This document shows, in pieces, positions 56,112-64,000 of a DNA stretch of 64,000 nucleotides. Numbering within the stretch: position 1 is the stretch's first letter; each line of letters begins with the position of its first letter. Origin of the DNA: an uncultured Bacilli bacterium (GTDB taxonomy: Bacteria; Bacillota_I; Bacilli_A; RF39; UBA660); NCBI GenBank assembly GCA_963929435.1, contig CAWVIV010000010.1, positions 942 through 64,941 of the forward strand, read 5' to 3'. The notes beneath the pieces were generated by a model. It was given only the letters and a program-made list of their open reading frames with translations, was not told the DNA's origin and searched no databases. A program made the translations under genes and the position numbers.

Positions 56112-58095
56112 ATGAAAGTTTTAAAGAAGTGTTTTAAAAATATTTATAATTCTTATAGGACTTTTTTATTCTTGGGAATATTGGTGTTTATACTTATGCT
56201 AAGTTAAGTCCTAAAAATTGAGATAAAGAATGCTAATAGTTTTATATGTTGTTTGATAGTGATAATGAGGTTTTCTTTCAAGGAAGTGGTTCTAGGGAAT
56301 GGATTTAGTCTTGATGATATTTCTCCATACTTGATAGAAGCGACTATAAATACTGAAGATAAAAACTTTTATAAACATATTGGATTTGATTACTTAAGTA
56401 GGATACTAAAGGCGATGGTTGTTAATATAACTAGTGGTACTACTACTAGTCAAGGTGCTAGTACTATTACCCAACAGTATGCTAAAAACTTATTTTTAGA
56501 TTTTGATAAGACGTGGAAAAGAAAATGGGATGAGATGTGGTATACGATAGAAATAGAGTCTCATTATAGTAAAGATGAGATACTTGAGGGTTATTTAAAT
56601 ACAATAAACTATGGTCATGGTAAATATGGAATAGAAACTGCTAGTAAATATATTACTTTGGGAAGAGTGCTAAAGATTTGACTTTGGCAGAAGCAGCTAT
56701 GCTTACGGGTATTTCCTAAGTCACCTAGTAATTATTCTCCTTTTGTTAATTTAAAAAAAGCGACACAAAGGCAACAGATGATTTTAAAGAGTATGTATGA
56801 TGATGGTGTTATTAGTGAAGCGGAATATAATAAGGCTCTTGATGAAGAGTTGAAGTTTGTAGGTGAAGAAGAAGAGGATGAACTAGAGAGTGTTATGTAT
56901 TATCAAGATGCTTGTTATAGAGGAGTTAAAAAGTTTAAAGGAAATACGCGGAATCTTTTCTTGAGACGGGAGGGTCTTAAAAGTCTATACTAGTCTTGAT
57001 ATGGAGGCACAGAAACAGTTAGAAGAGACTGTTAAAAATACAATGCCAGATAGTGACTTAGAGACTGCTAGTGTTATGGTTAATCCTAATAATGGAAGAG
57101 TTATCGCTTTGGTGGGCGGAAAAGACTATAGTAAGTCAGAATTTAATAGAGCGACTGATGCTAAAAGACAGGTAGGTTCTACGATGAAAGCTTTTTCTAT
57201 ATTATGCTGCCTTAGAAAATGGTTTTACGGCTTCTACTACTTTTACGAGTGAAGAGACTACTTTTACTTTTAATAATAATCAATCATATTCACTCCCAGA
57301 ATTATAATGGGTACTTATGGTAATAAACCTATTTCCATGGCTACGGCAATCGCTTACTCTGAAAATATTTATGCTGTTAAGACACATATGTTTTTAGGTG
57401 AAGATACACTTATTGATATGGCAAAAAGACTTGGTATTACTTCTAAACTTGATGAAGTGCCTTCTCTTGCTCTTGGTACTAGTGAGATTGGTATGTTAGA
57501 AATGACTGGTGCCTACTCTGCTTTTGCCAATGAAGGATATAAAGTAACACCTCATTTTATTACTAAAGTTGTTGATAAAGAAGGAAATGTTTTATATGAA
57601 GCGGATGAAGAGAAAGACCTTATTCTTAATTCTAGTTTAACTTTTATTTTAAGTAATTTGTTAACCGCTACTTATGATGCTAATTTTATTGATTATAACT
57701 ATCCTACCGCTGTTAATCTTGCTAGTAGAATGACTCATAAATATGCTTTAAAAAGTGGTACTACTAATACCGATAACTGGTATATTGGCTATAATAAAGA
57801 TATTGTTACGGCAGTATGGTGTGGTTATGATGATGCTAGGGACTTAAAATCTAGTGAATATAAATATGCACAAAATATTTGGCTTAATACAATGGAAGAC
57901 TATATGAAAGATAAAGATGATGAATGGTATAGTCAGCCTGATAATGTTGTTGGTGTCTTAGTTAATCCTATTACGGGAAAACCTGCAACTGATAGTGATG
58001 AGAAGAAAATTATTGAGTATTATGTTAAAGGAACTGAACCGAGCGTTGATGACCCTGTCTTTGATGAGATAAGTGGAAATACTAGTAGTAATTAG
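56112..58095 (+). pseudogene. Class A penicillin-binding protein (GT51 transglycosylase plus transpeptidase), at least 5 frameshifts
   Basis: Fragments 56253-56681 (EDKNFYKHIGFD, GASTITQQYAKN, RKWDEMW), 56778-56993, 57001-57252 (STMK) and 57307-58095 (SEN, KSGTT). All catalytic motifs are intact. Confidence 0.8.
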
Positions 58096-58142
58096 TATAT
58101 TTTAAAAATAGACACATACAATTACTTTGAGAGGATGATTTG

Positions 58143-58494
58143 ATGAATAATAATTTTGAAACTTATCCTAATCAAAGTACTGACCCCCCCTTATCAAAAC
58201 TTTGATTATGATTACACTCCTAATATGAATAATGTTCCTAATAATAATACTGTTCCAATTAGTGGAGATATGGCCTATGCTGAAAATATTTTAGAGTTAA
58301 ATGTAGGGAAAGAAGCAAGTTTCTATATGTCATATTCAGATTCACTAGAGTGGCGTGATAGAGTATTTACAGGAACAATTGTTGGGGCAGGTAGAGACTA
58401 TGCAGTTGTTAGAGATAGTAATAACCATAACTTTCTACTTTGGACAGTTTACCTTAATTATGTAGAGTTTAGAGAAGATATTACTTTAAGATAA
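58143..58494 (+). pseudogene. gerQ: Spore coat protein GerQ, N-terminus shifted at a C7 tract
   Basis: ATG 58143 gives MNNNFETYPNQSTDPP, and one fewer C at 58184-58190 joins it to ..YQNFDYDY...ENILELNVGKEASFYMSY..WRDRVFTGTIVGAGRDYAVV..LLWTVYLNYVEF. Confidence 0.7.
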
Positions 58495-58559
58495 TTTACT
58501 CTTCTCTTTTTCTTTGCTATAATATGGTTATATAATAAGATAGAAAGAGGTGTTTTGAG

Positions 58560-59168
58560 ATGAAAAAAAGATACTTTGTTATTATGGTTATAATTTTTAT
58601 GACAATAATTATTGCAATGGGGGTTAAAATTAAATTTATGAGTGTAGATTACAGCAATTTAGAAGATAAGTTAAAGGAAAAAAATGATTATATTAATGTA
58701 TTGCAAGAAAATAAGGAAGATTCTAATATTGAAGTATTATCAATTATGGATGATGAGGTTCAGACTCTTTCAAATATAATAAGTAGTGGTTTTGATCCAA
58801 GCAATGGAGAAAATTATTATTTTAATAATCATAACATTACTATAAATGATATTAAAGATAAATTAGATAGTATAGAAATTTATCATACGGCTGGGCCAAG
58901 TCCTTTATTTATGATAATGAAAGCAATTAAAGAAAATAATCAGTATATATTAACAGTTAAGGTTATATTTCCAGATTATAATGCAACTACAGCTTTAAGA
59001 GAGCCTTTTCCATATTATATAGATTATGATAAGACCACAGCTATTTCTAATCCACAAGTTGATGCTAACTATTTTCCTGTTTCAACATACAATAATTTAA
59101 AACAGGGAACTACATATACTATTGTATTTGATAATAATAATAACTTTATTTCATCATCTTTAGATTAA
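58560..59168 (+). CDS. Membrane-anchored hypothetical protein
   Basis: 202-aa ORF with an N-terminal TM segment and a GAGGTG RBS. No family recognised. Confidence 0.55.
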   Translation: MKKRYFVIMVIIFMTIIIAMGVKIKFMSVDYSNLEDKLKEKNDYINVLQENKEDSNIEVLSIMDDEVQTLSNIISSGFDPSNGENYYFNNHNITINDIKDKLDSIEIYHTAGPSPLFMIMKAIKENNQYILTVKVIFPDYNATTALREPFPYYIDYDKTTAISNPQVDANYFPVSTYNNLKQGTTYTIVFDNNNNFISSSLD

Positions 59169-59316
59169 CTTAATATAATATTATTTAATAAGCTAGAGAT
59201 ATAATGTTTTGACTTTAATTAAAATATTCTATTTTTCTCTTGCTGTCTATTTTGTATTCTTTCTTATAGATTTTAAGCTTTTCATTTGCTATAATACTAT
59301 TAAGGATGTGATACTA

Positions 59317-59847
59317 ATGATTTATGCTATTATTGTTGGGGTTATTTTATTAATTATTTTAATTTGTGTAATAATGGTTTTAGTTTATAAAAATAAATAT
59401 AACTTTTTATATATTAAGGTGAAGGAAGCCGATAATAATTTAGATATTTTATTACAAAAAAAAGAAGAGATACTTTTAAAGATTATTCCTATTTTAGAAG
59501 AGGCTAAAATAAAAGATATTCCTGAAGTTATTAAATTAAAATCTAAAAGACTTAATCATCATGAGTTATATCAAGAATTAATGGATATGACTACTGAGAT
59601 TCTAAAGATAATAGATGACTATGAGGATAAACTTGATTTTAAGAAACTAGATGCTTTAGTAGATAAATTAAATGAAAATGAAAATGATTTAAGAGCAGCT
59701 TTAAAATATTATAATGATAATGGCGAAGAGATTATTTATCTTTCTCATAAGTTCCCAACTAATTTAATTAAAACCTTTTCTCATTATCAAGATATAGAGA
59801 CTTATAAATTAGAGAAAAGAGAAGCTTTTGAAATATTAAAACATTGA
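59317..59847 (+). CDS. LemA-like membrane-anchored protein
   Basis: Start MIYAIIVGVILLIILICVI after AGGATGTGA. The TM-plus-helical-repeat layout and ..LRAALKYYNDNGEEIIYLSHKFPTNL resemble LemA. Confidence 0.45.
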   Translation: MIYAIIVGVILLIILICVIMVLVYKNKYNFLYIKVKEADNNLDILLQKKEEILLKIIPILEEAKIKDIPEVIKLKSKRLNHHELYQELMDMTTEILKIIDDYEDKLDFKKLDALVDKLNENENDLRAALKYYNDNGEEIIYLSHKFPTNLIKTFSHYQDIETYKLEKREAFEILKH

Positions 59848-59848
59848 C

Positions 59849-60394
59849 CTAATTGCCAATGTTTTTTTTAAATGTTTTACTAGATTCATAGTCTTTTCTT
59901 AACTCTTCTAATGTTATAGCATCGTCTCCTATATTAGTTACGATAGTACCATTATCACAGTAAATAATTGATTCAGGAACTTCTAGATTTAAGTAATTAA
60001 CATAAGGTATTAATCTAACATCACTTTTACTTTTTTCTATTAGTTCTTCATGACTTATTCTTTTTCCTAAATATATCTTTTTGGATATACTATGCTTTTT
60101 AATGTTATATCTTTCTCCATCTATTTCTACTTCTTTAGTATCATAATATTGAAAGGCAATAACATCACTAGTAAATTGTTCTTCTAATGGAGATACTTTA
60201 TCTACACTCCTAAACCTAGAATCACAACTGTTTAATCTTATTCCATTGGGAACAAATTCTTTTAGATATGTATCTACTATTATATCTATTTTGATATTAT
60301 CTTTTTCAGAATGATAATAATTATTATTATGAAAAACTTTAGATAAGCTTTCTATTATTTCTGTTAATTCTTTTGTTTTTTCTACTTCTTCCAT
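59849..60394 (-). CDS. Hypothetical protein
   Basis: 181-aa uninterrupted ORF. No family recognised. Confidence 0.5.
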   Translation of the reverse strand: MEEVEKTKELTEIIESLSKVFHNNNYYHSEKDNIKIDIIVDTYLKEFVPNGIRLNSCDSRFRSVDKVSPLEEQFTSDVIAFQYYDTKEVEIDGERYNIKKHSISKKIYLGKRISHEELIEKSKSDVRLIPYVNYLNLEVPESIIYCDNGTIVTNIGDDAITLEELRKDYESSKTFKKNIGN

Positions 60395-60534
60395 TTTTTT
60401 ACTTCTCCTTTGAACTTATTTTAGTTGTTTTTAAGGATTATAAGATATTTTGATTTAATTGTGTCATAAATAACGATATTTTTCCATTTATTTCCAGTTG
60501 TTAGGAAAAGAAAAACTAGTAGGATTAGTACTAG

Positions 60535-61197
60535 TTAATCTATTTTCCAATCTATTGGTTTTAGACCTTTAGAGATTAGGAAGTTATTAGTCTTAGAGAA
60601 TGGTTTACTACCAAAGAAGCCATTGTAGGCAGATAGAGGCGAAGGATGGGCTGACTCTACTATATAGTGATTTTTATTAGTTATTAGTTTCTTTTTATTT
60701 CTTGCAAAAGAACCCCAAAGAATAAAGACTACTGGCTCTTCTTTTTTATCTAATAATTCTATTATTTTATCAGTAAATATTTCCCAACCTTTATCTTTAT
60801 GAGATGCTGCCATATTCGCTTGTACTGTTAAAACGGCATTTAGAAGTAATACTCCTTGGTCTGCCCAAGGAATTAGACTACTAGTTTTAGGAAAAGGTAT
60901 TCCTAAGTCATCATTTAACTCCTTAAAGATATTTTGTAATGATGGGGGCTTTTTAATACCATTTTTAACAGAGAAAGACAGTCCTTCTGCTTGATGTTCT
61001 CCATGATATGGGTCTTGTCCTAGTATTACGACTTTTACATCTTTATATGGAGTATGTCTTAAGGCATTAAATATCTCATTTTTAGGTGGATAAATAGTCT
61101 TTTCTTTATATTCCTTATTAACAAAATCTATTAATTTCTTAAAATAGTCTTTATTATATTCATCTTTTAAATAAATATCCCAATCGTTTCCAATCAT
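60535..61197 (-). CDS. ung: Uracil-DNA glycosylase (family 1)
   Basis: Has VVILGQDPYHG, GLSFSV, GVLLLNAVLTV and HPSPLSA. Confidence 0.92.
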   Translation of the reverse strand: MIGNDWDIYLKDEYNKDYFKKLIDFVNKEYKEKTIYPPKNEIFNALRHTPYKDVKVVILGQDPYHGEHQAEGLSFSVKNGIKKPPSLQNIFKELNDDLGIPFPKTSSLIPWADQGVLLLNAVLTVQANMAASHKDKGWEIFTDKIIELLDKKEEPVVFILWGSFARNKKKLITNKNHYIVESAHPSPLSAYNGFFGSKPFSKTNNFLISKGLKPIDWKID

Positions 61198-61208
61198 ACT
61201 TCTCACTC

Positions 61209-61664
61209 CTACTTATGATAGTTTTCATTATTTCTTATTTTATATGTTCTATAAAGTTGTTCTAGTAATATAACTCTAAATAGTTGATGAGGAAAAGTTA
61301 ATTTAGAAAAAGATATACTATAATTCGCTCTTTTCTTTACTTCTTCACTTAAGCCGTAACTTCCTCCTATTATAAAGGTTATATTACTATTCATCGCTTC
61401 TAAGGAACATAATTTAGTAGTTAATTCTACTGATGATAACTCGTGTCCATTTATGTCAAGAATAATAACATTATCAGTTTCTTTTATGTGCTTTAAAATG
61501 AGTTTACCTTCCTCTTTTTTTACTTTATCTATTTCATTGTAACTACTATCAGGTAGTTCTACTATGTCTAATTTTGTATATTTAGATAGTCTCTTTTTAT
61601 ATTCATCTATCGCCTCATTTAAGTATTTTTCTTTTATTTTACCTACACATATTAACTTTATCAT
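61209..61664 (-). CDS. rlmH: 23S rRNA (pseudouridine1915-N3)-methyltransferase RlmH
   Basis: SPOUT fold with MIKLICVGKIKEKYL, FIIGGSYGLSEEV and LSFSKLTFPHQL. Confidence 0.85.
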   Translation of the reverse strand: MIKLICVGKIKEKYLNEAIDEYKKRLSKYTKLDIVELPDSSYNEIDKVKKEEGKLILKHIKETDNVIILDINGHELSSVELTTKLCSLEAMNSNITFIIGGSYGLSEEVKKRANYSISFSKLTFPHQLFRVILLEQLYRTYKIRNNENYHK

Positions 61665-62424
61665 ATATTACCTCTATTTCTTCTAAAGCCTCGTTTTGTT
61701 TGGCTACTAATATTTTAATATCATCTCTATCTTGTAGAGCAACTCTAGTTGTTGTATAAGCAAGTTCTTCTTTATTGTTATGTTCACTTAAATGAGCGAG
61801 TATTATGTACTTAGTACTATCTCCTACTAATTTCTTTAGATATTTTGAAGTTGTCTCATTAGACAGATGCCCTTCATCACTAAGTATTCTTTGTTTTAAG
61901 TAATAAGGATAAGGTCCATCCATAAGCATTTTTTCATCATGATTACTTTCTATATAATAAATATTTCTGTTTGTTAGTAATTTAAAATACTTACGATTTA
62001 GGTATCCCGTATCTGTTATATATACTAAGGAACTTCCATCATCTATTATTAAGAAACCAACTGAGCCTTTGGCATCATGACTTGTCTTAAAGATGGTTAG
62101 TTCTGTACTATTTAAGTGCATAATACTATCATAAAGTTCTATTCTTTCTTTGTCTATATCTACTGTTAGTTCTTTTATAATATCTTTATTTGCATAAATC
62201 TTAAAGTTGGTGTGTTTTAAAAGAACTTTAAGACCACTTGTATGGTCATTATGAGCATGGGTTAAAAGGAGGGCATCTATATCATCTAAGTTTAAGTTCA
62301 TCTTCTCTAATTCTTTTTTTAATCTTTGATAGGTAATTCCTATATCAATAAGAAAGCGAGCAGATGCTGTTTCTATTAAGGAACAGTTTCCTTTAGATCC
62401 ACTCGCTAGTACTTTTATTTTCAT
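61639..62424 (-). CDS. yycJ: MBL-fold metallo-hydrolase (YycJ/WalJ-like)
   Basis: Has LASGSKGNC and LLTHAHNDHTSGL (HxHxDH). It lies upstream of rlmH, as in Bacillus. Confidence 0.75.
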   Translation of the reverse strand: MKIKVLASGSKGNCSLIETASARFLIDIGITYQRLKKELEKMNLNLDDIDALLLTHAHNDHTSGLKVLLKHTNFKIYANKDIIKELTVDIDKERIELYDSIMHLNSTELTIFKTSHDAKGSVGFLIIDDGSSLVYITDTGYLNRKYFKLLTNRNIYYIESNHDEKMLMDGPYPYYLKQRILSDEGHLSNETTSKYLKKLVGDSTKYIILAHLSEHNNKEELAYTTTRVALQDRDDIKILVAKQNEALEEIEVIYDKVNMCR

Positions 62425-63941
62425 TAGAATAGACTCATCGGATTCATAGAAGATGAACCACGGCTATATGGAAAGCCTCGCCATAAACCAAAGTGTAAGT
62501 GAACTCCTGTGGCAAATCCAGTTTGTCCCATCGCTCCAATAGTGTCTCCTTGAGAAACTTCTTGTCCTACACTAACATAACGTTCGGCAAGATGAGCATA
62601 GATTGTATAATAACCATTATTATGATTAATAACAATATATTCACCATTATCCCATTTATAAGAAGATGCTACTACTATACCATTATTAGAAGCATAAATT
62701 GGTGAACCAAAACCTGCTCCTGCTATATCCAAACCATCATGAAGTGTTCCCCAACGATAAGCATATGGACTACTGATGTAATAAGGTGTTCTAGTTGGCC
62801 ATAACCAGTATCCTTCAATTTTAGTATTACTGCTTAATCCACTATTAACTCCACCACTGCCACCTCTTTGTTTAGTACCTTTAACGATTATTCTTTTAAC
62901 AGGTTCTTTTAAAACTTGAGTAGCATTATTATCAATAACAGCGCTTTCTACTTGACCATTAACTTTCTCTACTTTAGATGTTACTAGTTGTGAACCAACT
63001 TGTCCTTCTTGAATTGTTTCTTCGTAAGTATTATACTGGGTATTATCATATCTTGTCTCTGTTTCATAAGGTATATCTTGAGTGGATACTTGGTGGTCTA
63101 TTTCTACTAATCTAAATTGTGGTTTAATAATACTTATCGTAACATTTTGTCCTTCATATAGAAGGTTATTAGCATCAGTAAACTCTGGATTAGCGATTAA
63201 GAACTCTTCATTAGATAGTTTATTATTGAAAGCGACATCGCTGATTGTATCTCCTGCTTGAACGGTATATTTTTGTTGTTCATCTAGAGTTCCAAATAGT
63301 AAGTATTTACTTAAATCATCAACATTTTCATAAATAGTTTCATCTGATGGAATATTTGTTTCTTTTATAGTTACTTTGTTTTCTATATAAATATTTTCTA
63401 TAACTGTTCCTGTTTTGCCACTTTCAATTTCTTTTTGGTCATTATTTAGATATTTATCATAACTATCACTATCTACAAATGACCTTATCGTATTATCCAT
63501 CGCTTCTTCAAAGACTTTTTTATCTAAAACATAGATAGTTTGGTCTTTTCCTTTTATAGTTTCTCCTTGTTCATTAGTACTATCAAGACCTTCTATTGTT
63601 ATAGCATATCCTTTAATAGTAAATGGCTCGATGTCCTTAATTTTATTGTATATTTCTTCTGTTGTAGATATGTTTTCATTATAGGTTACATCTTTTACTA
63701 CTTCTAAGTCTTCTGGGGCATAGACTTTGTCAGCTTTGTATTTATCTTTTAAAGTCTGTTGTTCTTTATCTATATACTCGTCTAGTGAGTCTTTATCATC
63801 TATTAATCCTACTGATTTACCGGCTAGATAGACACGATAAACGTTTTTAGGGGTTAATGTTTCTTCTTTGGGAGTTATAAATATTATAATGAGACTTACC
63901 ATTAAGGCAACTATGATTGTAATTATAGTTTTTATATTCAT
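62424..63941 (-). CDS. Membrane-anchored LysM plus G5-like plus M23 metallopeptidase
   Basis: N-terminal TM, LysM (YTVQAGDTISDVAFNNKLSNEEFLIANP), a G5-like segment (..QVGSQLVTSKVEKVNGQV..RIIVKGTK), and intact M23 motifs HDGLDIAG and HLHFGLW. Confidence 0.8.
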   Translation of the reverse strand: MNIKTIITIIVALMVSLIIIFITPKEETLTPKNVYRVYLAGKSVGLIDDKDSLDEYIDKEQQTLKDKYKADKVYAPEDLEVVKDVTYNENISTTEEIYNKIKDIEPFTIKGYAITIEGLDSTNEQGETIKGKDQTIYVLDKKVFEEAMDNTIRSFVDSDSYDKYLNNDQKEIESGKTGTVIENIYIENKVTIKETNIPSDETIYENVDDLSKYLLFGTLDEQQKYTVQAGDTISDVAFNNKLSNEEFLIANPEFTDANNLLYEGQNVTISIIKPQFRLVEIDHQVSTQDIPYETETRYDNTQYNTYEETIQEGQVGSQLVTSKVEKVNGQVESAVIDNNATQVLKEPVKRIIVKGTKQRGGSGGVNSGLSSNTKIEGYWLWPTRTPYYISSPYAYRWGTLHDGLDIAGAGFGSPIYASNNGIVVASSYKWDNGEYIVINHNNGYYTIYAHLAERYVSVGQEVSQGDTIGAMGQTGFATGVHLHFGLWRGFPYSRGSSSMNPMSLF

Positions 63942-64000
63942 CTTATTCCTCCTCTATTTCGTTTTTGCTCATATTTAAGAATGTAGATGTATCTTTTTTA

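Noticed and set aside
236-62705. Many plus-strand ORFs of 60-140 aa in the track that lie antisense to long minus-strand genes, for example 236-493, 4725-5021, 9464-9694, 10254-10466, 11218-11493, 13197-13385, 18561-18794, 19392-19604, 23672-23941, 26457-26783, 31800-32219, 36928-37224, 37429-37728, 41118-41423, 45102-45419, 50357-50641, 52739-52972, 54645-54953 and 62499-62705.
   Set aside because: They are fully embedded opposite well-supported genes. They have low-complexity, Leu/Ile/Phe/Ser-rich compositions typical of antisense frames in AT-rich DNA, and they lack RBSs.
1-64000. CRISPR arrays, tRNA genes and rRNA genes.
   Set aside because: I saw no regularly spaced short repeats with unique spacers, no GC-enriched cloverleaf-type segments (for example GTTCGAATC-like T-arms) and no rRNA-like conserved blocks. 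This visual scan is not exhaustive.

Overview
This window is a chromosomal segment of a visibly very AT-rich, endospore-forming Firmicute (GC not computed). The genetic code is standard: an RF2 gene carries the classical CUU UGA C +1 frameshift, so UGA is a stop. rpoE (RNAP delta), DUF1934-argS, spoIIR, a spoIIQ-like gene and gerQ suggest a Bacilli/Erysipelotrichia-like lineage, at low confidence. Most genes lie on the minus strand. The backbone is ftsE-ftsX-M23 peptidase, mscS, two yitT paralogues, prfB, proS, secA, hpf, csp, tagO-like, mreB, spoIIQ-like, rpiB, rpmE, murA, fba, mntP, spoIIR, prmC, prfA, rpoE, argS, a class A PBP, gerQ, ung, rlmH, yycJ and a LysM-M23 peptidase. Seven IS copies from six families are superimposed: partial IS3, IS91-like, two different IS1634-family elements, IS1595-like, IS4-like and IS200/IS605. 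Most of their ends and target duplications could be read directly. Main observations: (1) an IS1634-family element flanked by a 910-bp direct repeat and nested in the IS1595 element, and a second IS1634-family element with a 68-bp direct repeat; (2) removing the IS elements rebuilds a two-gene operon of unknown function (about 572 aa plus about 210 aa) hit by three insertions; (3) a candidate type I toxin-antitoxin locus upstream of rpmE; (4) an agr-type quorum-sensing locus with an unannotated 39-aa AgrD-like ORF; (5) a conserved motif attached to poly-C tracts of different length; (6) a three-gene accessory insertion between DUF1934 and argS; (7) a ProRS lacking the INS editing domain. Many housekeeping genes are broken by single-base frameshifts, clustered at about 600-7400 and 56100-58200. 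These may be assembly errors rather than biology. All calls come from manual reading of the sequence and ORF track; no searches were run.
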